DNA from: Ascoidea asiatica JCM 7603 | Lineage: Eukaryota > Fungi > Ascomycota | Assembly: GCA_001600695.1 (NCBI GenBank) | Contig: BCKQ01000001.1 | Coordinates: forward strand, 911,114-975,113 | Length of the DNA stretch: 64,000 nt | Reading direction: 5' to 3' | Part shown: positions 13,046 to 23,749 of the stretch, piece after piece | Layout: each line of letters opens with the position of its first letter | Numbering within the stretch: the stretch's first letter is position 1 | Translations under genes and position numbers: made by a program | The notes under the pieces: generated by a model | Seen by the model: only the letters and a program-made list of their open reading frames with translations | Database searches by the model: none | What the model was told of the DNA's origin: nothing

Positions 13046-13474
13046 TCTTGGAATAGAAATATGAAATGGATTGAAATAAACGTTTATTTTTTAAATGTCA
13101 AAAATAAACAATGCTATCTAAAGTTTGTTGATCATCGATGTTTTTTTCTTATTGCAATATTCAAACCTCAAGATTCAAAGACTGACAATTTCGATTCTTT
13201 CACTTCCATTTGGATTTTACTTTCAATTTCCTTCCCGTGCGCATCGCAAACATTCGGGAATTCAAACCGCACGCAAAAACAATAAAATGGCGTGCGGGAC
13301 AACGCAGCATGCAAAACAGAAATGCGTGCAAAACTTGAACTCTCACGCAAAGTTCAAGCCACAATGAAAATATTTCTTCAAACACAAAATTAAAAGAGCA
13401 CGCTAATTCAAACCACCCTCGGAACTATCTTTTTTTGGTTCGATTAAGAGATAGATTATCTAAACATGGATTTG

Positions 13475-13573
13475 CTCCCGGTGGCCAAGCTGGCTAAGGC
13501 GCGAGACTGTAATGTTTCACTTTGTGAGAACAAAGTAATCTTGAGATCGGGTGTTCGACTCACCCCCGGGAGA
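13475..13573 (+). tRNA. tRNA-Tyr(GTA) with 25-nt intron (13513-13537)
   Basis: Acceptor CTCCCGG/CCGGGAG+A, D-arm TGGCCAAGCTGGCTAAGGC, anticodon GTA 13509-13511, exon 2 ATCTTGAG, T-arm GGGTGTTCGACTCACCC, followed by a T-run terminator. Confidence 0.97.
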
Positions 13574-13774
13574 TTTCTTTTTTTTAGCTTTGTTAAATTA
13601 ACCAAAAAAGAATATTAACGATTAAAATTTTCAAATATTTATCTAGATAAAAGAAAAGGATAAATGTAATTGATTAATTAAGTGAGCATTTAAATATGTA
13701 ATGAAATATAATGATATATTGTATAATAATATAGAATTATATAAATTTTTTTTAAATTTTTTTTTAAATTTAAT

Positions 13775-15202
13775 TTAATATAAATTTAAATCTTCTTCAG
13801 TCATTGAATATTTTATCCAATTTGCCATACAATTTTGATCTAAAATTTCTTCAAATGGAGTAAAAACTGCAGGATCACAACCTGAACATTTATCACTTAC
13901 AGGACAATTAAAATATGGTTGATGAAAATATCCAATATCTCTAAACCAATGAATTTGAGATTTATCAGCAAATAAAGCAACACCAATTGAATGTACAGGT
14001 GCATCACCCCATCTTTCATAATAAAAACCACCTTTTTGATCTAAATAATTAAACCAATTTGTATAAGCTTGACCTCTAAAAAATTCCATATCACCAATTT
14101 CAAAATTTGACCAAAAATGACATGATGAATAACCTGAAGTAATTTTTGCTTTTCTTGGATCTTGCATATCATCCATTAACCAATCATAAGCACCATTTTT
14201 ATTTAAATAATTTACATTATTTTCAATTTTTAAAAAATCTAAAGTTGAATTCCATAAACTTTCAATAGTTTCAACAATTTCATATAAATTTATATTAAAA
14301 CCATAAATTTTTTTATTATCTTCCATAAATTTAAAAACATCATAATCAATATCACAATAATAATTAACATCAGGTTCAATTCTCCAATAATATCTAAAAT
14401 TTAATAAATGTGGTACATGATAAAAAGTACCAGAATTAAATCTACACATATTTCTATAAGAAATTTTTTTTGAATAAGGTAATTTACCTAATTTTTTTAC
14501 ACCTTCTTCCATAAATTCATCTTTAATAAAATCAGGTTTAATCCATAAATTATCAGGAATTTTTATAAAATAACATGGAGATGGAGAAGCTCTTTCAGTT
14601 ATTTTTTCTTTAAATTCATCAGTAAATTCTTCATCATTTAAAAAAGTCCAAGGATAATTAAATTTAGAATTAAAATGATTTTCAATTTGTCTTATACTTT
14701 CTAAAATTCCATCCATTTCACTATTTCTAACTAAAGCTAAAAAAGTTGCATTTGCTTTAATATAATCCATACCATTTTTTTTTAAATTTAAAACTTTTGG
14801 TTCATCAATTTTTTTATTCATAACTTCTGAATATATTTCATAATTATTTTTTAAAACTTGATCAGTTGTTAATTTATCATTATGAAATCTTGATTTTCTG
14901 AAAAATAATTCATTTAAAGTACCATCTTTTTTTAAATAAAATTTTCTATAATCTTTAATTTTATTTAATAAAAAATTATATGAGTTTGAAGATGAAGATG
15001 ATGAAGATGTTGATAAAGAAAATAATTTATTTGATATTGATTCACCAGAATTTGAAACATAATTTTTAAAATCTTCAACTTCAATTTTTTTAATTATTGT
15101 ATTATTTGAAGATGAAGATATTAATAGAAATATTGAAATTAAAGTAAAAGATATAAATACTAGTCTTGCAATTTTATTTCTTAAAAAACCAAATGAAAGC
15201 AT
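13775..15202 (-). CDS. KTR4: GT15 Golgi alpha-1,2-mannosyltransferase, Ktr4 subgroup
   Basis: Type II signal anchor; YYWRIEPD, GYSSCHFWSNFEI, YYERWGDAPVHSIGVALFADKSQIHWFRDIGY. Confidence 0.85.
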   Translation of the reverse strand: MLSFGFLRNKIARLVFISFTLISIFLLISSSSNNTIIKKIEVEDFKNYVSNSGESISNKLFSLSTSSSSSSSNSYNFLLNKIKDYRKFYLKKDGTLNELFFRKSRFHNDKLTTDQVLKNNYEIYSEVMNKKIDEPKVLNLKKNGMDYIKANATFLALVRNSEMDGILESIRQIENHFNSKFNYPWTFLNDEEFTDEFKEKITERASPSPCYFIKIPDNLWIKPDFIKDEFMEEGVKKLGKLPYSKKISYRNMCRFNSGTFYHVPHLLNFRYYWRIEPDVNYYCDIDYDVFKFMEDNKKIYGFNINLYEIVETIESLWNSTLDFLKIENNVNYLNKNGAYDWLMDDMQDPRKAKITSGYSSCHFWSNFEIGDMEFFRGQAYTNWFNYLDQKGGFYYERWGDAPVHSIGVALFADKSQIHWFRDIGYFHQPYFNCPVSDKCSGCDPAVFTPFEEILDQNCMANWIKYSMTEEDLNLY

Positions 15203-15774
15203 TATTATTATTATTATTATTAATTATTTTAAATTTGATTCTTTTTTTTTGATATATGAATATATATAAGAGAAAAAAGTTTAAAAGAAAGAAAAAAAGC
15301 AACAAGATTAACAAAGAAATGAAAAAAAATGTAACGCTATTAGTATATATGTATAATTGTATATATATATATATATCTATATTCTTATATTTGTATGTTT
15401 ATAAATCTATTGTTACAATAGATAGATAGAGAAATAGATATAATATGCCAGATATTCAATATATATTACAAAAGACCCAGATGAATATTAATGAAATATT
15501 GAAGAAATGAAATGAAATTAAATATAATAATTGAATATTATTGATATATATATTACTGAAAGATATTATAATTGAATATAATAATCAAATAATATAATGA
15601 AAATACAATTAAAATAGAAAATAATAAAACAATCTAATGAATTATCATGAAATAATGAAATAATGAAATACTAAAATTATGAAATAATCAAGAGTATATT
15701 GAGATATATTAAATAAGTTAAATATATTGAAAAATCTGAGATTGATTGATTAGATGAAATTGTTCAAATGGGAA

Positions 15775-15830
15775 ATAGAAATAGAAATAGAAATAGAAAT
15801 AGAAATAGAAATAGAAACAGAAATAAAGAT
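15775..15830 (+). repeat. (ATAGAA)n microsatellite upstream of KTR4
   Basis: Tandem gaaata units; source of the spurious EIEIEI ORF. Confidence 0.85.
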
Positions 15831-16729
15831 AGAACTGGAAATGGAAGTGGAAATGGAAATGGAAATAGTTAAAAACGGTGATAATTTGTATGTGGTTTGG
15901 TGTTTTGGAGCTTTCGCGCTAAATCATCAAGGCCCAAGCAAAAGTTGAAAATGTTGCGAGTACAGCGCAGAAGCTCCAGAAAACAGCGCAGGGTAACGGG
16001 TATTTTTAGATCACCTGCAACAGAGAACAAGTTGTGGGCAGCACTCGGGCAACAGAAAAGAAAAGGGCAAAAAGAGAGGAAGAAGTAAAAAACACAGCAG
16101 CAGTAGAGCACTGCGCAAAAGCTCCCTTGCTTCTTTGGCCGCGTGCTTAGGTAATCGCATTCTGCCCAGCTCCGAAAACGCTAAGCCAGCTCTTTGCGGT
16201 GTTCAATTCAATTCAATTCTGGCTTGGAGCTGATCTGAGGTTTTCGCGTCTGGCGTTGAATTGTTCTCTGATTCACAGGGCCATTCACGAGTCTAGACAG
16301 CTGTTACAGTCTCGTGCTCCAGCTCAGGCTCCAGCTCAGGCACGCTGGCAACTAAAAACAGTCCGGAATACCGCTGTGCGGATGTTTAGATGGCTGACGG
16401 AACTGCATCCACGGTTGATCCACTGTTGATCCCAGAATTCAGATCAAATTTGTGATCGCAGATCTGCAATCCCTGACAACATGTCCCGATAACAAGGGAA
16501 ATATAATCAGGGGTGCGTTTGTTCCGGCTTACACAGGTCACCGCTAACTTTTTGGGAATTTCATCGCGTGCCAGCATTAATGATAAAATCTTGGCATTAT
16601 TTCTTAATTTAGAATTCAGTCGGTTCCACAACCATGGATTTATTCAACTGTTTATTTTTTAAAATTTTTATTTTAAAAACTTTCATTAATATCTGAGTTA
16701 TCTTTACGTTGCATCTTTAAGTAAATTAA

Positions 16730-16745
16730 GCTGATTTAGCTCAGC

Positions 16746-16778
<33 letters not shown>

Positions 16779-16802
16779 TGTGTTCGATCCACAGAATTAG
16801 CA
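16730..16802 (+). tRNA. tRNA-Phe(GAA), intronless
   Basis: 73 nt. GCTGATT/AATTAGC acceptor with G4-U69, D-arm TAGCTCAGCTGGGAGAGC, anticodon arm TCAGA-CTGAAGA-TCTGA, T-arm CTGTGTTCGATCCACAG, downstream poly-T. Confidence 0.97.
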
Positions 16803-17141
16803 TTCTTATTTTTTTTTTTGTTTAAAAACTCAATGTCACGTGAAATTTCACTCAAAATCTATTTATCTATTCATATATTTTTATTTATTTAATTCTGTAG
16901 TATTCAGTTATAAATAAATTCGAAATTTAAATGAATAACTTATTGAAACTATTAAAAATATTCATAATATTCATAATATTCATATATCTTTCTAATATTA
17001 TTCTAAATTTATTTGTTCTGTTTCAATCTAAATACTTTTATTTAAAGATTAAAGATTTAGGATTTGATTTATAAATATATAATAAGTTTATTAAAAGTAT
17101 ATTAAAAGTTTGTAATAAAGTAATATAAAAATAAGTATAAA

Positions 17142-18422
17142 TTAAGTATAATTTTCCCAACCATCTGGTTTTTTTAAGCCTTGAACATCAAAATATCTTC
17201 CTGTACAACTATAACCTCTCCAAGCAAAATCATCATTTGGATTACAACTACAATGATTTTTTTTCCTAAATTCATTATCAATTGGACATGAATGATAAAC
17301 TCCATGATTATATCCAATATCATCAAAAAAATGAATTTTATTTTTATCTTCAAATAATGATATTGCAATTGAATGAATTGGTGCATCTCCCCATCTTTCA
17401 TAAAAAAATCCACCAGATTTATCTAAATATTCAAAATATTTTAAATATGCTTCTGATCTAAAAAAATTTAAATTTCCAATTTCAAAATTTGACCAAAAAT
17501 GACATAAATTATAATTATCTCCATTATCATTTGAAATAAATTCAATTAAATTATTTTTATTTAAATATTTTGGATTTTCTTTAATAAATTCTTTTGTTGT
17601 TTTCCATAATGTTGGAATTGTTGCTTCAAATTCATAAATTGAAATTGCAAATCCATAAGTTTTATTATTATTTTCCATAAATTTAAATAAATCATAATTT
17701 ATATCACAATAAAATTGTATATCAGGTTCAACTCTCCAATAATATTCATAATCATTTAATAATGGATGTCTCCAAAAAAATCCAGATTCAAATCTACACA
17801 TATGTCTATATGATAAACTATCTGCATATATAATTTTTTTTGCAGTCATTTCTTCTCTTGCTTTATCAGCTTTTTCAATATCAATAAATTTTGGAATTGA
17901 CCATTGATCTTTTGGAATTTTACCATATTTTGTTTTTCCAGAAACTATTGAAGTTGTTGCATCTTTAAATTCTTTTGTAAAATCTTCATCATTTAAAAAA
18001 ATCCAATCATAATGAAATTTTCTATTAAATCTATCTTCAACAGATCTTATAGCTTTAACAATACCCCAAACATCTGAATTTCTTGCTAATGTTACAAATG
18101 TTGCATTTGCTTTATTTTGTTTAATTAAACTATATTCTTGATTTTCAAATTCATTAAAAAATTTTTGATAATCTTCTTTATTTAAATTATCTGATTTTAT
18201 TTGACTAATTTTATTTAAATCTTCATTATTAATAGTAATATCTTTAATATCTTTTATATTATTATTTTTTGTATTGCTATCACTATTGATTTTATTAATA
18301 TAATTGGAATTATTAAATATTGAAAAAGATAAAATTAATAATACTATTATAATAATTGAAACTTTTAATCTTTGATTTAATTTAATTTTAGAATTGAATT
18401 TTGAAATACTATTACCGATCAT
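17142..18422 (-). CDS. KTR1: GT15 alpha-1,2-mannosyltransferase, Kre2/Ktr1/Mnt1 subgroup
   Basis: NATFVTLARNSD, SYRHMCRFESGFFWRHPLL, YYWRVEPD, YNLCHFWSNFEI, FFYERWGDAPIHS. The exact orthologue within KRE2/KTR1/KTR3 is uncertain. Confidence 0.8.
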   Translation of the reverse strand: MIGNSISKFNSKIKLNQRLKVSIIIIVLLILSFSIFNNSNYINKINSDSNTKNNNIKDIKDITINNEDLNKISQIKSDNLNKEDYQKFFNEFENQEYSLIKQNKANATFVTLARNSDVWGIVKAIRSVEDRFNRKFHYDWIFLNDEDFTKEFKDATTSIVSGKTKYGKIPKDQWSIPKFIDIEKADKAREEMTAKKIIYADSLSYRHMCRFESGFFWRHPLLNDYEYYWRVEPDIQFYCDINYDLFKFMENNNKTYGFAISIYEFEATIPTLWKTTKEFIKENPKYLNKNNLIEFISNDNGDNYNLCHFWSNFEIGNLNFFRSEAYLKYFEYLDKSGGFFYERWGDAPIHSIAISLFEDKNKIHFFDDIGYNHGVYHSCPIDNEFRKKNHCSCNPNDDFAWRGYSCTGRYFDVQGLKKPDGWENYT

Positions 18423-19308
18423 TTTTAAATATTTAATATTTCATATATGATATAATATAATTGATAAATGATAAATGATAAATGATAATTGATAAAAAAA
18501 GTTTGAATGATAATGATGATAATGAAGATAAAGAATATTTATAGGGTATATATATAATAATATATAATTACTAATATAATACAATAAAATAATTGAAAAA
18601 AAAATAAAGAATTGAAAAATTGAATAAGATAAATTACAGAATTAAAAGAAGTTTATTGTTTTATTATTATAATTGAAATTATAATTGAGATTTAATTTAA
18701 TTAAATTTCTGGATTTGTGATCTAAAATGAAACTCTGGTAAAGGATATCAGATCAGTTTTATATAAATTGTAATATTATGAATATTTCAATGAATATTGT
18801 ATTATTTTCTTCAATAGATTGATAATATTCTATTCTTTCTCTTTAAAGATATATTCAATTGAATTTGAATAATTATTTCATTGAAAGTTTCAAAGGTTTT
18901 CAATTAAAATAACTGAAAAGATTGAAAGAAAGAAGTTTCCTGAAGCTTTAAATGAGAGTCGTTTTTTGATTCTTCACGTTGCTACTAAAAATATGGCAGA
19001 GGAGAAAGAAGCAGCGGATAAAACAAGGATACACGGCGGATCTGCCACGGTTCCGGGCTTGGGGCGAAGCCGGCTTCAGGACTAAATGGGCTTATTTCTG
19101 GGACACTATTATAGGACATTGGTTTTGGTGATACGGACCAGGGACAGCTGATACCAGGACACACCCTCGGGACAGAACTCTGGAAGCAGAAGAACCACAA
19201 ACAGCAAACACTCGAACTATTTCAATGACTATTTTAAAGACTACTTTATTGATACACTATTCTACAACACTATTTCATTACAAAACAAGACTACTCGAAT
19301 ACAATCAA

Positions 19309-22300
19309 CTAGTAGTGAAACTTCCAGATTTTAGGTGGTGGTCTTTTTGGCTTAGGTCTTCGAGCATCATCTATAGATCCAACAACTTCTTCTGTTGATC
19401 TTAAAGAAATTTCACTGTTATTCTTTGTATTACCAACAACTCCAAATGATAATCCATCAACTGGAACTTCACTATCTTTATCTTTCTCATTCTCTTCCTC
19501 AGTCTCCTTATCTTTACCTTCATCTTTATTCACATTAGTACCATCACTCATATTTCCATTCAACTTGACAATTTCATCTTTTTTAGATCTTTTTATAGAT
19601 TCATTATATTCCTTTTCATTGATTTTTTCATCTTCAAGCCTATATTTCTCTTTAGATTCTTTTAATTCTTTTACTTTTTTATCATGATCAATTTCTAAAT
19701 CTTTTAATTCATTATTAAATTCTTCTAATGTTTTGAATTTAATTTTCCTTTTCTCATTTTTTTGATTCTTATTTATATCATATAAATATTCTTCAACTAA
19801 ATTTTCCTCATCTTTATCTTTACCTTCAATAACTTTCTTGAAATATTCTTCTTCATTACCTATCTCATCTTTAATTTCTTTTTTAATCTCTTGAATTTTA
19901 TTTTCAATTTCAAATTCATTCTCAATTCCAGTTCCAACTTCATTTTCTTTAATATGATCATTATCAAAAACAATTTTTTTACTTAATATTAAATCAATAT
20001 ATTTAGGATTTCTCTTTTCTTCAATTTTAAATTTATTAATTAATTGTTTTCTATCTCTATATGGAAAATATTTGGAAATTACTGTAAAATCTGTTCCCCA
20101 TCTACTTAATCCTTTTAAAAATATTTTATTTTCTGCATTTGTCCATGGTAAATTTATATTTTTCTTATTTTTATTAAAACTATTACTTAAAATTATATTA
20201 TTAAATTTATTATCATCTTCGTAATTATCTTCTTTTTTCTTAAATTTCTCAATTTTTTTATTTATATTCTTCATATCATTTTTTTCTTTATCAATTATTC
20301 TACTTTCATCATCAATAATTATTTCACGTTTTTCATTTAAAATAACTTTTAAATCTGATTTATTATTTTTATCATTCTCAACAACTTCTTCATTTTCTTC
20401 ATTTTCTTCAATCCAATCATCAATATTACCAGCCTTATCCCCTTTTGAATATTTATTTTCTTCTAAATATTTATCAATATCTTTAGTATTTAAATGCTTA
20501 TTTCTTGCTTCTCTTAAAAAATTTCTTTTCTTTAAACTTTCTTCAGTTTTTTTCTTAAATGCTTCATTACTTAATTCAAAATTTTCTGAAATTTCTCCAA
20601 TAAGATAATTTTTATCACATAAATCTTTTAATTTTACAGTTTTTTCATTAATTTTAAAATCATTTAATTCATTATTATATTTATATTTTGATGATGTTAT
20701 TGATTTTAAATTTTTAATAATATTAACATCATCAATTATTTTATCTTTTTTAAATTCAACTAATTCTTCAACTGTTTCAATCATATTTATATCTGTAATT
20801 TCTTGTTTTTTATCTTTTTTATCTTTTTTATCTTTTTTATCTTTTTTATTTTTTTGATCTTCTTTATCTTTTCTTTTTACTTTTGGTTTTATTAACGTCT
20901 TTGGTTTTGTATTAAGTTTAGTTTTAATTTTAGTTTTGGATTTCAATTTACTTTTGTTAACAAGTTCATCATCATCTTCATCACTATTATAATCATCATC
21001 ATCTTCTTCTTCAGGTTCTGAGATTTCAACTTCTGATGAAGAAAAATTTAATTCAGGATTTATAAAACCTTCATCCATGTCTTTTGATATTTCTTCTTCT
21101 AATTCTTCATCATCTTTTATTTTCTCTATCTTCCTTTTCTGTTCAATTTCTTTAGTTTTATTTTTATGTTTATTTTTAATCGGTTCATTTATATTCATAT
21201 CTATATCATCATTATCAATCTCTTCTAATTTTACTATTTTTTGGTTATTATTATTACTTAAACTATTATTATTTTCATTATAGTTAATTTTTCTTCTTCT
21301 TTTTGAAATATTTGAATTTCTTTTATTTCTTAAATGAATTCTTTTACTTATATCTATATTATCAAAATCATCTTCTTTTTTAACTTCAATAATTTTTTCT
21401 TCAATTAATTCAAAACCATCTTCTTCATAACTTTTTGTATGTTTTCTTTTTAAATTTTTTCTAGTAGAATGTTTACTATCTTTTGATTTTTTCAGTATTT
21501 CATTAGTATTTACTTTTAAATTCTCCTTTGGTTTTTCTTTTGAGTTGTCTTTTAATTTATTTTTTAAAACATCATTAGGCAATTTTTTTGATTTCTCCTT
21601 TGAATTATCAATTAAAGTATCTGTTGAAATAGGTGATTTTGATTTATCTTTTTGGTTACTATTTGATTCCTTATTTAATTTATATTTATGTTTATCTACT
21701 GAATTATTTTCTAGCAGAATGTTTGGTTTTTCTTTTGAATTGTCTTTTGACTCTTCTTTTAAATCAACTGCTGGTATATCTTTTGGGTTATCTATCGACT
21801 TCTCTTTCAAAGTGTTCTTTGAATTATCTTTTAATTCATCTTTGGAAGTATTTGATTTTGATTTAACTTTTAGTTTATTATTCAACTTTTCTTTTGTTTT
21901 AGTTTTTGATACAGGTGAATTTGAATTATTGATTGATTTTATTGGAGTTGTAACAGTTTCAATTAACTGAAACCCATCATCATCATCTTCTTCTTCTTCT
22001 TCTTCATCATCATTAATATGTCTTTTTCTTGATTTTTTTGTTTTCAACTTCATTTTCAGTTCTTGTTCTTTTTCATGTAATTTAAAAATTGATTTAATTT
22101 CATTTCTTAAATTTTCATTCATATTATCTTTATTTTGGTTTTTATTTTGATTTTGATCTTTATCTTTATCTTTATCTTTATTTTTGATATCATTTGAATT
22201 ACTTAAATTATTTAGATTATTTGAAAGAAGTAAATTATTAATAAAAGAATTTGAAATATTAGTTAATTTTTCATTATCTTTAATATTTTTGATGTTTTTA

Positions 22301-22326
22301 CTATTATTATTTTCAATTTCAATCAT
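19309..22326 (-). CDS. BDP1: TFIIIB subunit B'' (Bdp1) with long low-complexity N-terminus
   Basis: SANT domain PWTNAENKIFLKGLSRWGTDFTVISKYFPYRDRKQLINKFKIEEKRNP. Confidence 0.9.
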   Translation of the reverse strand: MIEIENNNSKNIKNIKDNEKLTNISNSFINNLLLSNNLNNLSNSNDIKNKDKDKDKDQNQNKNQNKDNMNENLRNEIKSIFKLHEKEQELKMKLKTKKSRKRHINDDEEEEEEDDDDGFQLIETVTTPIKSINNSNSPVSKTKTKEKLNNKLKVKSKSNTSKDELKDNSKNTLKEKSIDNPKDIPAVDLKEESKDNSKEKPNILLENNSVDKHKYKLNKESNSNQKDKSKSPISTDTLIDNSKEKSKKLPNDVLKNKLKDNSKEKPKENLKVNTNEILKKSKDSKHSTRKNLKRKHTKSYEEDGFELIEEKIIEVKKEDDFDNIDISKRIHLRNKRNSNISKRRRKINYNENNNSLSNNNNQKIVKLEEIDNDDIDMNINEPIKNKHKNKTKEIEQKRKIEKIKDDEELEEEISKDMDEGFINPELNFSSSEVEISEPEEEDDDDYNSDEDDDELVNKSKLKSKTKIKTKLNTKPKTLIKPKVKRKDKEDQKNKKDKKDKKDKKDKKQEITDINMIETVEELVEFKKDKIIDDVNIIKNLKSITSSKYKYNNELNDFKINEKTVKLKDLCDKNYLIGEISENFELSNEAFKKKTEESLKKRNFLREARNKHLNTKDIDKYLEENKYSKGDKAGNIDDWIEENEENEEVVENDKNNKSDLKVILNEKREIIIDDESRIIDKEKNDMKNINKKIEKFKKKEDNYEDDNKFNNIILSNSFNKNKKNINLPWTNAENKIFLKGLSRWGTDFTVISKYFPYRDRKQLINKFKIEEKRNPKYIDLILSKKIVFDNDHIKENEVGTGIENEFEIENKIQEIKKEIKDEIGNEEEYFKKVIEGKDKDEENLVEEYLYDINKNQKNEKRKIKFKTLEEFNNELKDLEIDHDKKVKELKESKEKYRLEDEKINEKEYNESIKRSKKDEIVKLNGNMSDGTNVNKDEGKDKETEEENEKDKDSEVPVDGLSFGVVGNTKNNSEISLRSTEEVVGSIDDARRPKPKRPPPKIWKFHY

Positions 22327-22728
22327 CTTTAAAGATCAATTGACTTGAATTGAATTGAATAGAAATATGTTTATTGATTGTTTTATGTTATTGATATGTA
22401 AATTGATAAGTAAATAACGATAAATAATAATAAATAATGATAAATAAAGGTTTATGAATTTGGAACCGGAAACCGGAAACCGGAAAGGCAGCAGACTTTG
22501 AAACGAATGAGTAAAGAAAAAAAAACACGTGAATAAAAATATTTCAAGTCATGTGACTAGATGTTTTTCAAATTTCAATTTTATTGATGATTTTAAAGAA
22601 ATGAATTTTCATTGAATTAATGATATTGAATAATGATATTAGTGAATGATATTAGTGAATGATATTAATGAATGATAAGTGAGAGGAAGATAATAAAGTA
22701 AAGAAGAAGAGTGAAATAGTTGAATAGG

Positions 22729-23367
22729 ATGTTTAAGATTGGAATATCAACCGTTAGAAATAGATTGAATGGATTCAATAGATTAAATGGATTAAATAAG
22801 CTAAATAAGTTAAATGGGTTAAATTCATTTAAAAGAGGAATAACTTCAAAGACAGAAGAAATAAACTCAACATTAACAAAAGAAGTTTCAAAAGAAGTTT
22901 GTAAAGTAAATAATAATAAAAAATATAGTAATAATGGAAATGGAATAAAGATTGAAGATTTAAAAGCATTTAAATTAGTACCAAAAGATAATTTATTTGC
23001 AACAATTAAAATTCATAATTCATCATATTTAATAACTAAAGGAGATTTATTAACATTACCATATAATTTAAAAAATTTAGAAATTGGAACAGAAATTAAA
23101 TTTAATAATATTTTAAATATTGGATCAAAAAATTTATTTTTACAATTAATTGAACAAAATAAATTTTTATTTAAAGAAAATAATAAATTTAAATTAAATA
23201 AAGAAATTTTAGATAAAATTATTATTAAAGGTATAATTATTGAAAAATGTAAAAATAAAAGTCATTATAAGAAAACTTTTAGACAAAGAGAAAGAAAAGA
23301 TAGAATTGTTTTATCTAAATTACCAAAGACAGTTTTAAGAATTAGTGAACTTGATTTAAATATATAA
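22729..23367 (+). CDS. MRPL49: Mitochondrial ribosomal protein bL21m (Mrpl49)
   Basis: FATIKIHNSSYLITKGDLLTLPY...KTVLRISEL. The true start is probably ATG 22729 (the track uses TTG 22720). Basic presequence MFKIGISTVRNRL.... Confidence 0.85.
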   Translation: MFKIGISTVRNRLNGFNRLNGLNKLNKLNGLNSFKRGITSKTEEINSTLTKEVSKEVCKVNNNKKYSNNGNGIKIEDLKAFKLVPKDNLFATIKIHNSSYLITKGDLLTLPYNLKNLEIGTEIKFNNILNIGSKNLFLQLIEQNKFLFKENNKFKLNKEILDKIIIKGIIIEKCKNKSHYKKTFRQRERKDRIVLSKLPKTVLRISELDLNI

Positions 23368-23446
23368 GAATAAGTATAAAAATTATTCATTTCATTTGTA
23401 CATAGAATAAAGCATTAATAAATCTATAAAGTTACACATATACACA

Positions 23447-23509
23447 GAGACCATAAACATGGTTGTTGTTATGTAATCACAAATCAAAAACATCCATTAC
23501 AATGGTCTC
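23447..23509. promoter_or_regulatory. Two oppositely oriented CCA-N6-TGGTCTC elements upstream of ADE12
   Basis: GAGACCA-taaaca-TGG at 23447-23462 and CCA-ttacaa-TGGTCTC at 23494-23509. Confidence 0.55.
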
Positions 23510-23660
23510 TCTTTTTCTAAGCCAATAGAAACTCTCCATTTTACTGGCCAATCACAGCACGGCTACGGGCCTTGTCGGCAGCTGCACACCTGCGAGTACC
23601 TCCCCGTGCCCAGCTCCACATCCCTGGGTCTCCTTCTCCTCATGACCTTCTCTTCTCCGG

Positions 23661-23666
23661 TGACTC
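23661..23666 (+). promoter_or_regulatory. TGACTC Bas1/Gcn4-type site in the ADE12 promoter
   Basis: Exact TGACTC ~415 bp upstream of a purine-biosynthesis gene. CCAAT boxes at ~23522 and ~23548. Confidence 0.5.
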
Positions 23667-23689
23667 TTCCCCTGCTGCCTGCACCACCA

Positions 23690-23749
23690 CCACTACCACT
23701 ACCACTACCACTACCACTACCACTACCACTACCACTACCACTACCACTA
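23690..23749 (+). repeat. (CCACTA)10 microsatellite in the ADE12 promoter
   Basis: Ten perfect tandem hexamers. Confidence 0.95.

Noticed and set aside
16270-16630. Possible RNase P/MRP RNA on the minus strand (GTGGAACCGACTGAATTCTAAATTAAGAAA resembles the RPR1 5' end)
   Set aside because: No proper CR-I (GGAAATTCGGTG or GAAAGTC), no complementary CR-V for P4 and no 3' P1 strand. An Rfam search would settle it.
19309-22326. Functional link between BDP1 or NCS6 and the neighbouring tRNA genes
   Set aside because: tRNA genes are dispersed and common, so proximity alone is not evidence.
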